Of a DNA stretch of 64,000 bases, positions 1 to 9,778 are shown piece after piece. Numbering within the stretch: position 1 is the first letter of the stretch; every line of letters starts with the position of its first letter. The notes under the pieces were generated by a model that saw only the letters and a list, made by a program, of their open reading frames with translations, made no database searches and was not told the DNA's origin. The position numbers and the translations under genes were made by a program. Source of the stretch: a virus (lineage: Duplodnaviria > Heunggongvirae > Uroviricota > Caudoviricetes); IMG/VR virus record IMGVR_UViG_2703718815_000003. One strand, given 5' to 3'.

Positions 1-174
1 AAGGATGGAGCGCCAGATGTCAGCCGCTCCATATCGTTCTTGCGACGCAATATCACACGGCTGAACTCAACCAGTTTCTCCGGGGATATATCCTCCTCCG
101 TAGCAAGCGCCTCTAATCGTTCGAGTATGTGGAAGGCTTTTTCCTGGGTAATTGCAGAATGCGATGTGGTCATC

Positions 175-777
175 TCACTCTCCTTTGATGCGAATGCCAG
201 CGGCGCGGGAATCATTCCATCGCTTTACTTCTTCACGAATTACGTCAATGCATTCTTTCGAATCCATTAGGTAATCTTCATCAAAAAGACGTTCCTGTTC
301 GTTTTCTATCGCAACAATGATTGCTTCAACTAACTTTTGTGCCTGAGAATCACTTTCTAACTCTGCTATGCGCTTACTCCCATCCGAGATAACACCTTCG
401 TAATATTCACGCTGTTCGTTGAGTTTTGATTTTGTCTCCTCAAGCTCAACACGCAGCTTCTCAAGCGTTAGGACCATCTCTACGTTCTCCTGCTCAAGAC
501 GTCGGATGTGTTGCTGTCTTTTATCCAGTTCGTCCAGCAGTGCAATCACATCGGGATCACTAGCATCAACTACTGTTACGCGTGATTTTTCATAATGTTC
601 GTCTGCAAAAGTACGCCCTATCTTAAAATATCCGTCATCACCCTCACCGGAACAGGCATAAACAACATGTGCTCCAGATATGCGCTGTATTGACATTTCC
701 TCGCCACAAACAGAGCATTTAGGCGCTGGTTTTGGTGAATAACGTTCACGTAACGTCAGGTAGTAAATCTCATTCAC
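175..777 (-). CDS. hypothetical protein, N-terminal Cys-rich (CxxC) segment and coiled-coil
   Basis: 200-aa ORF; CSVCGEE...YACSGEGDD cysteine pairs then heptad-like acidic region; no recognisable catalytic motif. Confidence 0.4.
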   Translation of the reverse strand: MNEIYYLTLRERYSPKPAPKCSVCGEEMSIQRISGAHVVYACSGEGDDGYFKIGRTFADEHYEKSRVTVVDASDPDVIALLDELDKRQQHIRRLEQENVEMVLTLEKLRVELEETKSKLNEQREYYEGVISDGSKRIAELESDSQAQKLVEAIIVAIENEQERLFDEDYLMDSKECIDVIREEVKRWNDSRAAGIRIKGE

Positions 778-1229
778 TGTTTATTTCCTTTGCGAAGCTC
801 AGCGGCGAAGGCTACTGCGTGATCATGATGTTCAAGTGTGTATGCGCACTCAGCAAACATCTCCACGCCCTGCGCACGTACTTCAGCCAGAAAAGCATCG
901 GTGGCTGGAGTCTCCGTTAATTCGCTAACCCAATTATCTCCGTGTTCCTCGGCACACATCGCATCGAATGCTCGCTCAGATTCTTTCAGGGCTGCATTCT
1001 CCGCCGCTAATGCGTCTCTTTGCGCCCGCAACTTCTCAATTTCGGCAGCCATGTAGTAACCAACCATAGCGAAGACGGCAAAAGAGTTGTCTGCCTCATC
1101 AGGCGACACTGAGGCCATTAGCAGGCCATCGTAAAAATCGTGACTCCCATTGGTGATCGCCACCGCATAGGAGTCGTGGTTCTCGCGCTTGTGAATGAGA
1201 ACTACGGGATTTTCGATTTTGTTACTCAT
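774..1229 (-). CDS. hypothetical protein
   Basis: 151-aa ORF tightly coupled (4-nt overlap) to downstream gene; coiled-coil-like central region. Confidence 0.4.
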   Translation of the reverse strand: MSNKIENPVVLIHKRENHDSYAVAITNGSHDFYDGLLMASVSPDEADNSFAVFAMVGYYMAAEIEKLRAQRDALAAENAALKESERAFDAMCAEEHGDNWVSELTETPATDAFLAEVRAQGVEMFAECAYTLEHHDHAVAFAAELRKGNKQ

Positions 1230-1367
1230 GTGTTTTTCTCTTCTTTGCTGTTACATAAGCACTACCAAGTGCTGGTTTATTTTCACAAATAAGAAAAGGT
1301 AGAAAACAATTTATTTAAGGCCATAAGTTATGGCCTTTATTTATTCATGCAGAAGGATTTGTAGCGC

Positions 1368-1748
1368 CTAATTGCCGGATAAAATGGGTTGAGGTGCTTG
1401 CCAGTAAGCTCCACCGTCCCATGTGAACCCCATGCGAATAAGAGTGTTTATTGCGGCTTTGGTAGACTCTGATTCGACACTGACTTTTCGAAACTCTTGA
1501 ACCTCTTTCGCCAACCTGTATGTAATTGTGCAGGGGACGATTGCAGCCCAGCCTTTCTCATGACTGTTAATGACCATCTGGATGTGACCATCCAGAATAG
1601 GTTGATTAGGCATGTTATTGAAAATGTCTGCCTGTTTTTGAATGTGAAGAAAAAGCCTTGCCAGTGCCATTTGCTCACTACGAGACAAGGGATTATCAAG
1701 AGGACTTTTTGCAAAAGCGGCTATACGCTGTGCATCAATGCCAAACAT
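1368..1748 (-). CDS. hypothetical protein
   Basis: 126-aa ORF, stop/start overlap with upstream gene at 1748. Confidence 0.35.
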   Translation of the reverse strand: MFGIDAQRIAAFAKSPLDNPLSRSEQMALARLFLHIQKQADIFNNMPNQPILDGHIQMVINSHEKGWAAIVPCTITYRLAKEVQEFRKVSVESESTKAAINTLIRMGFTWDGGAYWQAPQPILSGN

Positions 1749-2452
1749 CAGCGCACCTCACCATCTTTATGGCTGGAGTTAACTTCCGCCATTAAATGTC
1801 TGACGTAATCGACAAGAGAGCCACCTGGTGGAATCTGGCATTCCTCAACTAACTGGAAGTAGATATCCGCTGCATTACGTGTATTACTACCCTCGCATAT
1901 TCTTTCTTCCCGAAGTGCATGAAGCTCGCTGATCAAACGGTCACACTCTCCGTTACGCTGATCCACAACGGCCTCAAGCTCTGCGACGCGTTCACCTGGC
2001 GTCTTACCTTCTTTGCGTTGGATGGTAACGACGAAATCGCCAATTGCAGGGACGTTGTAATCCAGCTCAAGGTAGTTTTTGGCACCGCTGCGGACGAACT
2101 CACCCGCGAACATGGTGGCGAACATCGCAGAGGCCACTTCGCCGTTGAAAAGTGACTCCAGATCTAACGGAGTCCCGGCAGCAAGAGCCTCTTTTGCTGT
2201 ATCCATTGCATCCATGAACCGATCAAACTCACTAGCGCGCTTTTCCAGGTCTTTCCATTGCTCGCTCCAACGTTTGGCAACGAAGTCTATGAATGTTTTC
2301 GCGGATTCATCAAAATTCCCCTCAAACTTAACGATGCCTTTATCAATAATGATCTGGCCTACCGCATCCTCTGCATAACCTTTCAATGTAAACTTGAAAG
2401 GAAAATCAGAATGGCCTGTGACGTTAAAATGCTCTAACTGGAGGTTGTTCAT
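1748..2452 (-). CDS. hypothetical protein
   Basis: 234-aa ORF, start preceded by catgtgtttttc context shared by many genes in this window. Confidence 0.4.
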   Translation of the reverse strand: MNNLQLEHFNVTGHSDFPFKFTLKGYAEDAVGQIIIDKGIVKFEGNFDESAKTFIDFVAKRWSEQWKDLEKRASEFDRFMDAMDTAKEALAAGTPLDLESLFNGEVASAMFATMFAGEFVRSGAKNYLELDYNVPAIGDFVVTIQRKEGKTPGERVAELEAVVDQRNGECDRLISELHALREERICEGSNTRNAADIYFQLVEECQIPPGGSLVDYVRHLMAEVNSSHKDGEVR

Positions 2453-2513
2453 GTGTTTTTCTCTTATCGTTTAGTTACTACATTCTTACACAAATTAAGT
2501 AAGTATTTACCTA

Positions 2514-4199
2514 TCATTTAACGCATTTGAAAACGTATACGCTGACTGTGATCCCTGTGTCTTCAAACTCGTTGGTAAACGACTTCCCTCTGGCATAAAC
2601 GTAATTATCCATCGTCATCCAGTCCAGTATTGGCGCAGTGCCCGGCAATACTGCTACAAGACGCCCGCCGACTTTCAGATGCCCCAGCGCAGCCAGCGTG
2701 TGCTCTCTATGACGACCAAGCGAGTACGGCGGGTTCATAACGATTTTGTCGAACTGATAACCTGCGTTGTCCTCAGACCACTTTATGAAGTCGCAGCAAA
2801 TCGTGTTCGTATACCCTTTTCCAAGCAGGATATCAGCGAAGAGAGGTGCGATTTCTATGCAGGTAACATCTTCCAGATCGGCGTTAATATAGGCCAGAAG
2901 ATCCCCACGTCCGGCTTGAGGCTCCAGCAGCTTCTCACCAGGCTTCAATTCAGTGGCTCTGGCAACGTACTCAGCAATCAAGCGTGGGGTAGGGTAGAAC
3001 TGGTGTGATTTTGTATCCGGTATTAAACCGGTAGCCACAATCGTATTTAGCGTATGGCCGATGTCATACGGGAACTGCCAGTGCTTTTTCTCCTGCACGC
3101 CGCCAATGAAGCTCAGTGTGCGCTCAAGCTCTTCCACCTGCGACTTCTGGAGAGCTGAATCAGAGAAGTACCATACGCCTTTGTCTTTGCTCAATCGCCC
3201 GTCACGAAGCGCAGTGCGAACCGGCACGGAGATCGTCTTCTGGATTAACCCGAACTGCTTTGGTGCCCGTGTTTTTGGCGCAGTTCGGCATGGCGCGGGG
3301 ATTGCAGCAGGCATACTGTAAGCCAGCACCTCATTCAACTTCCAGGCCACGTCAGGATGTATTTCAAAGTGAACGTTGCCGTTCTTGAACATCTTCACGC
3401 GCATCAGATTTCCATCGACGTTCATCCAGTCACCGGTCTGGCAGTCGTTTGCTCGATACGCAGCTGATAGCACCTCAGCAGTGCGGTTGATGGTAATAAA
3501 TTCTTTGTGCGCGAAGAAATGAAGCAAGACACGCAGATCGTCGATGTAGTCCTCTTTGCGATAGTTCACGCTAACGCTGTCCCGCCAGAAATCAGAAATG
3601 CAGTCAGCGATTATCAGACGCTCGCTGAAACCGTTTGTCTTATTTGTCTTGTGCGCAGGACTCAGCGCCTTAAACAAGCCATACACGCGCTCAGAGAGAT
3701 ATTTGTGCCTGTCATTCAGCAAATTAAGCATCGTGGGTATGACCGTTTCTGCTTTGAACTCCGGTACACCAACGAACTCTTTAACCTTCATCTGGTAGCC
3801 GGTTCTGTCAGTTTTGATGACTTCCTGTTTGCCCTCTATAAACTGCTCGCGCCACTCATCTCGACGGGAAGCTGGCATGATCAGCAAAACGTTAGTCATG
3901 TCCGTGACCTTCCTCCAGTACTCGGCCCAAATATTCTGTTTCACCCATTCCAGATCGACTTTATCCAACCAACCTCGATTTAAACGCGAGCGATCTTCAT
4001 CTGGTCGATGGTTTAGTCTCAGCAGGCGATTAATCATGTTGTGGCGTTCGTCGCCATAAACGAAGTCGTGAACCTGATACATGAAGGCGATCTCTTTCTC
4101 GCACTCGGCCACAATTTCGTGGATGACGTTCATTTCCTGCCGATAGTCGATAGCAGTGTTTGAGTTGGCATCGTCGATGATGGAAAGGGCTGTATTCAT
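2514..4199 (-). CDS. DNA N6-adenine methyltransferase with large N-terminal domain of unknown function
   Basis: C-terminal ~190 aa carry FYPTP, LEPQAGRGDL (AdoMet-binding) and NPPY catalytic motifs; N-terminal ~370 aa unassigned. Confidence 0.6.
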   Translation of the reverse strand: MNTALSIIDDANSNTAIDYRQEMNVIHEIVAECEKEIAFMYQVHDFVYGDERHNMINRLLRLNHRPDEDRSRLNRGWLDKVDLEWVKQNIWAEYWRKVTDMTNVLLIMPASRRDEWREQFIEGKQEVIKTDRTGYQMKVKEFVGVPEFKAETVIPTMLNLLNDRHKYLSERVYGLFKALSPAHKTNKTNGFSERLIIADCISDFWRDSVSVNYRKEDYIDDLRVLLHFFAHKEFITINRTAEVLSAAYRANDCQTGDWMNVDGNLMRVKMFKNGNVHFEIHPDVAWKLNEVLAYSMPAAIPAPCRTAPKTRAPKQFGLIQKTISVPVRTALRDGRLSKDKGVWYFSDSALQKSQVEELERTLSFIGGVQEKKHWQFPYDIGHTLNTIVATGLIPDTKSHQFYPTPRLIAEYVARATELKPGEKLLEPQAGRGDLLAYINADLEDVTCIEIAPLFADILLGKGYTNTICCDFIKWSEDNAGYQFDKIVMNPPYSLGRHREHTLAALGHLKVGGRLVAVLPGTAPILDWMTMDNYVYARGKSFTNEFEDTGITVSVYVFKCVK

Positions 4200-4302
4200 A
4201 ATTGCACCATTAAGAAGTGATTTGTTTAATGGTGCAATTATTTCAAAAATGAAAAGGTACTAAATAGAAATAAACAGGCAATCCTTCAAATAAAGGCATT
4301 GG

Positions 4303-4974
4303 CTAATCATACTTGGAGGTATTTATCACCAGAATTTTGTTTGTATAAATCTTCTTAATATCCCATGTGACATTACCGGAATACCATTGACCGTTATATA
4401 CTTGGTTTCCAGTTGCACCTGTCATTGTTACATAGACAGGTCTGTCGTAATCGGTTCGTCTATAGTTATATACTCCAACCATAGCAGGCATTACCGCACA
4501 TGGATACCCCATATCTATTGTAAATTGAGGGTCAGAAATAGTGATAAGTTTCGCATCAAGGGGCATCATCTCACCGTGATACACCATTGCGCCTGCGCTG
4601 TTATACATGGCAATGCCATAGCCAGAATGTGGTAACACCATATCAGAAAAAGCATAAACTGTTATTGTTCCGGGGCTACCATTTACCTGATGCAATCTGA
4701 GAGCATTGTATCCGTTACTATGCTCATGAATAAACATCATGTTCGCCTTATTACTGCTTTTTATGAAAAAAAAACATGATTTGTTTGATGGGATTGATGT
4801 TTGAAAAACAGAACCTTTAGATGTAGACATTGTCCCTTTATTAATCAGATTTTGCGGAGTAAATTCTGGACTCATCCACAAACTTCCATCTGATTGAGTA
4901 ATTGACATCCCGAACATAATTATCCCCAGTATGTGTATATGTAAGAACCAAGCCCCGTATATAAATTTGACCAA
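4303..4974 (-). CDS. hypothetical protein (AT-rich gene; start uncertain, may begin at internal Met at 4917)
   Basis: 223-aa ORF, low GC, overlaps upstream ORF by 55 nt in another frame. Confidence 0.3.
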   Translation of the reverse strand: MVKFIYGAWFLHIHILGIIMFGMSITQSDGSLWMSPEFTPQNLINKGTMSTSKGSVFQTSIPSNKSCFFFIKSSNKANMMFIHEHSNGYNALRLHQVNGSPGTITVYAFSDMVLPHSGYGIAMYNSAGAMVYHGEMMPLDAKLITISDPQFTIDMGYPCAVMPAMVGVYNYRRTDYDRPVYVTMTGATGNQVYNGQWYSGNVTWDIKKIYTNKILVINTSKYD

Positions 4975-5201
4975 CTAACCGTATTTCCATTAATAGTAAC
5001 ATTTGGAACAGGTAAATTGATGTAGTTGTCGTTGTTAAGAGGCATTAATGACCACACGGCATGTAGTGATTTACCCGGTGGCGGATTAGAGTACGTCTTA
5101 GAGCCTGATGACGCCGTAAATCGATCAAGAAAAAAAATAGGTGTAAGGAAGCCAGTAACGTTAATTCCTTTATTGTTGTAAATCCCTGTACCGTATGACA
5201 T
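4920..5201 (-). CDS. hypothetical protein (AT-rich)
   Basis: 93-aa ORF; GGGTGA-like RBS upstream of ATG at 5201. Confidence 0.3.
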   Translation of the reverse strand: MSYGTGIYNNKGINVTGFLTPIFFLDRFTASSGSKTYSNPPPGKSLHAVWSLMPLNNDNYINLPVPNVTINGNTVSWSNLYTGLGSYIYTYWG

Positions 5202-5255
5202 TTTTCACCCTTGTTTTTATCAACACAATATGGCCGATCATGCGGCCATATCAGA

Positions 5256-5825
5256 TCAATTAGAGCTTTGAAAGACTTTGTGTGGTTGTGTTGCGAGGTT
5301 ATGTCGATGGCTTAACTCACGCATCATGTCTTCAAGCCGACTCTTTGTGTCGTCGAGTTGGTCGGCCATTGCTCCCAAAAGCTGACGAACGGCCATCGGA
5401 TCATCGCTGTTTAGTGATGGCATTTTATAACCCGCCTGAGAAGACATAAGATTGAACGCAGACATCAACATCGTTAGAGAGGATTTAAGCCCAGCAATTT
5501 CACGATCTTTGCTGGCAATAATCGCCTCACTCTTGTTAGTGTCATCAGTTCGTTGAGTCTCGCTCACCATATCCAAAGTCGCCTGCAACTTATCAGCGCG
5601 CTCTTTTTCAGCAAGATAATGAACACCGAAATGATGTGCTAAAGCTACAACCTGAGTTGGCTCTTCAAAGGTGGACTCAAAATTAAGTGCTGTAACCACT
5701 CTCTCAAATATGGAAACGTCTTCTATTCCTCGAAGAATGGCTAACATTTTGACCAGTTCATTAGCATCCATTTCTTCGAATAAGGCGTTTTGTTCATCAG
5801 CTATCGCTTTGCATTTCTTGCACAT
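5256..5825 (-). CDS. hypothetical protein
   Basis: 189-aa ORF; AAACAAGTTGTTT palindrome 20-30 nt upstream of start. Confidence 0.4.
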   Translation of the reverse strand: MCKKCKAIADEQNALFEEMDANELVKMLAILRGIEDVSIFERVVTALNFESTFEEPTQVVALAHHFGVHYLAEKERADKLQATLDMVSETQRTDDTNKSEAIIASKDREIAGLKSSLTMLMSAFNLMSSQAGYKMPSLNSDDPMAVRQLLGAMADQLDDTKSRLEDMMRELSHRHNLATQPHKVFQSSN

Positions 5826-6122
5826 GTGTTTTTCCTAATGCTTAAACAAGTTGTTTTCTTATTGGCTTTATTGTGATGTGGCATAAAAGGGGAGCAAGCT
5901 AAACGTAAAGGTGCAAACTCTCTATTTCGGTCAACGAAACACAAGGGCCATTTGGCCCTTGTCATTAACACGTTGCTTTACGGACTAGCGGATAAGCGAA
6001 GTAGATCGCCAGACCAATGAGGACGCCATCAGAAATGACAGACATCATCTTTCCCGTAAAATCCACCAACACCGCCATCACCAGAAGAGCAATGACGATC
6101 ACAAGCCGGAATCTCTCAAGCA

Positions 6123-6548
6123 TTAGAGATAAGCATCCAGTGACAACTGAAGCGCCTGGGCGATCTTTTTCAGTGCCTGCTCTTCTTGTTCACCAATGCC
6201 GTCCTGATCGGCAATATCAAGGCACAGACACAGAACATCGACCGCCTCTGGAGTACCCGCAATATCAGACAGCTCACGAATAGCCTGTGCATTAGCAGAA
6301 CGAGGGGACGCTTCGTAACGAGCACGGATATTGGCGCTCATTTGGGCAATTTCACCAGCAAACGGAGAAAACGCAGGCAGAGCTGCAATTGTCTTCTCAA
6401 GAATGGCAATTTCTTTTGCGTCACATGTGCCGTCGGCATAGGAGATCATGTACGCGCCCCACACGGTGGCCTCAACCGCATCACGGTTCTCCATTTTTTT
6501 GACTTCGATAACAGCTTTACGAGTTTTCTTTTTGAAGAAACCTAACAT
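6123..6548 (-). CDS. TerB-like domain protein
   Basis: 141-aa ORF; YADGTCDAKEIAILEK and C-terminal acidic helices resemble the TerB/DjlA-N fold; AGGAAA RBS. Confidence 0.45.
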   Translation of the reverse strand: MLGFFKKKTRKAVIEVKKMENRDAVEATVWGAYMISYADGTCDAKEIAILEKTIAALPAFSPFAGEIAQMSANIRARYEASPRSANAQAIRELSDIAGTPEAVDVLCLCLDIADQDGIGEQEEQALKKIAQALQLSLDAYL

Positions 6549-6641
6549 GTGCTTTCCTTTTATTATTTGTCAAAACAAGTTGTTTTCTAATTACATAAAT
6601 TGCTTACGCAGAGATGGTCAATGCATATGCACTAACAGCCG

Positions 6642-6830
6642 TCAGAAATAACCAAGTACCGAACCAACTGGAAAAACAAAAATCCCAACTACACGAGCCA
6701 AGGTCATGCCAGCCTGAAACTGGAGATCGCCAGAGCAAACAAGTTTTATAATGTTCGATACCCAACCGGCGGCCATAAGGGCAAGAATTGCCAGCCAAAT
6801 TTTTCCAAAGTGATTTGAAAACCAGTTCAT
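6642..6830 (-). CDS. small membrane protein
   Basis: 62-aa ORF with two hydrophobic helices. Confidence 0.3.
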   Translation of the reverse strand: MNWFSNHFGKIWLAILALMAAGWVSNIIKLVCSGDLQFQAGMTLARVVGIFVFPVGSVLGYF

Positions 6831-6839
6831 ACAACCGCC

Positions 6840-7334
6840 TTAGTCACAGCATGATCCTGAGTAACTGGATGAACTTGAGGTATCGCATCCACCGCCATCC
6901 CATCCAGAGTGACAGGACGCTCCACTGGAGTGGTGGTAATTGTCGTCGACGAAGGTGTGGTGATGGATGAATCCGGCATCAAAAGGCTCTGACCGGCTGG
7001 AACGGCTACCGTCGCCAGTGAAACTATAATGAGAACGTAGGCCATTGGTTTCAGCCTCTTTCTTTGAAAATTTTCCATTCGAACTGTCCTTGTTGTTTTT
7101 CTCCTTCACTAAAGGCCGTGCATTTTTCGCTTCGCGTGAAGAGCCAGAGGCAACAATCGCCCCCACGTTCGCAACAACTGACGCTTGATTATCTAAACGT
7201 TCATTCAGCAACCGAACGGTAGTCTCTAGTTCTTCAAGGCGTGACATAACACGACCGCTAAATAATTCGGCCAAAATTTGACGTAAAGAACGAGGGCGTT
7301 TAGTTACAGAAGTGAAATAGGTTTGACGTGCCAT
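6840..7334 (-). CDS. hypothetical protein (C-terminal half low-complexity; gene model uncertain)
   Basis: 164-aa ORF; N-terminal coiled-coil-like, C-terminal S/G/H/C-rich; overlapped by an alternative-frame ORF 6827..7078 that has a signal-peptide-like N-terminus. Confidence 0.3.
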   Translation of the reverse strand: MARQTYFTSVTKRPRSLRQILAELFSGRVMSRLEELETTVRLLNERLDNQASVVANVGAIVASGSSREAKNARPLVKEKNNKDSSNGKFSKKEAETNGLRSHYSFTGDGSRSSRSEPFDAGFIHHHTFVDDNYHHSSGASCHSGWDGGGCDTSSSSSYSGSCCD

Positions 7335-7354
7335 GTGGACTCCATCCAGTGTCA

Positions 7355-7385
7355 GAAAGAGTTGCGGCTGGCGATTGCCAGCCGC
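7355..7385 (-). terminator. stem-loop, candidate intrinsic terminator downstream of rnhA
   Basis: gcggctggc-gatt-gccagccgc 9-bp stem; flanked by T/A-rich sequence. Confidence 0.35.
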
Positions 7386-7482
7386 CTTTCTCGTTCCATC
7401 CTGGAACTGTGTCTTACCGACACATTGTCATCCTGACGCCGATAAGATACATGATTTAAAATGATAGGTAAACACTTACTTA

Positions 7483-8073
7483 CTATTTATTATAAACAAA
7501 ACCAATATCTTTCTTGTGAGGCATATCTGCTGCTGAAAAAGCTGCGATCTTCGCGAGTCGATCACATATTTCATTTTCACGATGCCCGGCGTGACCTTTA
7601 ACCCACTTCCAGCGAACATTATGTCGACTTGCGGCCTCATCCAGACGCTTCCACAGATCAACATTCTTTACCGGTTTTTTGTCAGAAGTCATCCATCCAT
7701 TGCGTTTCCACCATTTCATCCACTGTGTCATGCCGTTTTTCAGATACTGGCTATCAGAGTGCAAAATAACGTTGCATGGATATTTCAAACGCTCCAGCCC
7801 GATAAGTGCCCCCATCATCTCCATGCGGTTATTGGTGGTGCTATGAAAACCATCTGAGAACTCGCGTTCCTCACCACGATACTGGAGAACTATACCGTAA
7901 CCGCCCGGGCCACCCGGATTTTTAAGGCAAGAGCCATCACTGAAGATTTTCACGGTTTTAAGCTGGGGATTGAACTCTACGACAGGCGTTGTGGAATTGG
8001 TGCGGGGAGAATTTTTGTTTTTGGCTTTTTTGCGAGTTTTTTCTTGCGATCGGGCTGGTGTCTTCGTCGTCAT
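7483..8073 (-). CDS. rnhA: ribonuclease HI
   Basis: [47 protein letters not shown] motifs; start set at internal ATG 8073 with AGGAG RBS (ORF track extends to 8160). Confidence 0.85.
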   Translation of the reverse strand: MTTKTPARSQEKTRKKAKNKNSPRTNSTTPVVEFNPQLKTVKIFSDGSCLKNPGGPGGYGIVLQYRGEEREFSDGFHSTTNNRMEMMGALIGLERLKYPCNVILHSDSQYLKNGMTQWMKWWKRNGWMTSDKKPVKNVDLWKRLDEAASRHNVRWKWVKGHAGHRENEICDRLAKIAAFSAADMPHKKDIGFVYNK

Positions 8074-8658
8074 ATAAACTCCTGAATCAAGCGCCGCGCC
8101 GATTTTTTTTCCTCGCGCGTGCGCACACGCGTGCGTGTTAATAATTATTAAAATAAACAAATTACTTCCCAGAACAGGTTTTTATAAACCTGAACTGAAC
8201 GAACGAAGTGAGTGAAGTTCACCTCGAACGAAGTGAGAGGTTGTCTTTTCAGGTAATACTCTCCCAGGGAGGTGAGTATAAAAATCCCTCACCAACCTGG
8301 TCGTTTCATAACCTGAAAAGTTATGGTCTAAGTCTACTGCCAGCTTAGACTTGGGAAGTTATGGATGACAGCACCCCAGAACCGAGATCTTCCCACACTT
8401 TATGAAGGGGAGTACTGGATTCAACCTCTCGAAACACCCCAGACTCGACAATCATAAAGTGACCCTTGTCTCCGCTCACTTTGGTTCCCCCTTCCCCGAC
8501 ACCTAAACGGCACCAGTTCTACGCTGGTAGTGAGCTTTTTTAAACCTGACGCCAGTGACGCTTACCCCCACCCATCAGGTCGAGTCTCCAGTCTACGACT
8601 GGAAACTATCAGATCTTAGCACTTACAATTCACTTTATGAATAGTTTGTACTTATCTA

Positions 8659-8913
8659 TCATTGTGATTGATTATTTTCTCTACCATGTAGTTGAACATT
8701 CAAGGCAAACACCTCATTGATCAACTCACCTAAAAGCTGTTCAACAAGTTCGCGATGCTCGCCAAGATGCAAGCACTTAATTGCCCATTCGTACAAGTTG
8801 AAAGCCTGCTCACGATCTTTCATCATTTCACGAGCCTGGGCCAGAAAATCGCTCTCTACGAGCGCAACGACATTAGTCGGGTATGACATGTTGGTTTCCT
8901 TAAAGTGGTTCAT
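8659..8913 (-). CDS. hypothetical protein
   Basis: 84-aa ORF. Confidence 0.35.
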   Translation of the reverse strand: MNHFKETNMSYPTNVVALVESDFLAQAREMMKDREQAFNLYEWAIKCLHLGEHRELVEQLLGELINEVFALNVQLHGRENNQSQ

Positions 8914-8994
8914 AAAATCGATTTTAAAGCGTCTGGGAAGGGGTTCTAGTGGATTCTGTAGTGATGTTCAGGTCTGGAGTCTCTGATACAAAAC

Positions 8995-9052
8995 AGCCTG
9001 CTTCCGTATATTAATAATTAATATGTAGTTATTTATATATACAGAAGCAGGC
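8995..9052. repeat. 57-bp palindromic element, copy 1 (cctgcttccgtatat / AT-rich spacer / atatacagaagcagg)
   Basis: 15-bp inverted repeat with one mismatch; near-identical element at 54318..54372. Confidence 0.6.
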
Positions 9053-9074
9053 TAATTACAGACGCCAGAACAAA

Positions 9075-9668
9075 CTAAGCAGCCTTCTTTGATGGTCTTT
9101 TTTTCCTGATCACATTCGCAGGATCATACCCTCCCAGACTTTTCATGACGTCCAAAGGGATCTTGCTTATAGAGTGCCCAGCGTCCTGACAGAATCCTCG
9201 AAAAACAACGAGCATACTGCCACCTGGGTTGATGTTTACTTCTACCTGACCCAGATTGACGTCAGGCTCGACAAACGCTACGCGGCCACCAGACAGAATA
9301 ATCGTCTCATTCGCACACTCTGTTGCACGCTCATACCACTTTGTATCTAGGGATTGAGGAATTAGCATCACTGTTGTAACTCCGCGAGCCTGCTCACGTA
9401 TAGCCGCATCAATCCAGGGGGAGATTTTGGAGTAGGGTGGATTGAGGAAGGCAATTGTACCTGGCTGTCCCCATTCAGATTTCAAAGCATCACGCTCAAC
9501 GCCTATGAAATTAGGCAGCTTTGCATTGTCCTTGTTGCAGGCAACGTCAACATCAAATGTCACTCCAAGATAACGTTGAATGGCAGAAAACAGCCAGTCA
9601 GGTGTTCTCCAGAGGTCACGAAGAGAGTTGTCGCGCTTTCGCTGTTTGATTTTTTCGGCTGCAATCAT
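9075..9668 (-). CDS. DNA N6-adenine methyltransferase, small phage type
   Basis: 197-aa ORF with NPPY catalytic tetrapeptide (AFLNPPYSK) in a small single-domain protein. Confidence 0.65.
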   Translation of the reverse strand: MIAAEKIKQRKRDNSLRDLWRTPDWLFSAIQRYLGVTFDVDVACNKDNAKLPNFIGVERDALKSEWGQPGTIAFLNPPYSKISPWIDAAIREQARGVTTVMLIPQSLDTKWYERATECANETIILSGGRVAFVEPDVNLGQVEVNINPGGSMLVVFRGFCQDAGHSISKIPLDVMKSLGGYDPANVIRKKRPSKKAA

Positions 9669-9733
9669 CTTCTTTCTCGATAGGTAAGTAAATACCTATT
9701 TTTGCATTTGATTTTATGTCTGGCAATCAAATA

Positions 9734-9778
9734 AAACGCGCCAGAAATGCAAACGAGAAGCTCTCTGGCGCGTTTTTG
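9734..9778. terminator. long hairpin with T-runs on both strands (candidate bidirectional terminator)
   Basis: aaacgcgccaga ... tctggcgcgttt 12-bp stem followed by TTTTT; second hairpin at about 9779..9812. Confidence 0.5.

Noticed and set aside
7483-8160. Long form of the RNase H ORF starting at 8160
   Set aside because: The first 29 codons add a hydrophobic Cys/His-rich extension with no RBS; the internal ATG at 8073 has an AGGAG RBS and gives a normal-length RNase HI.
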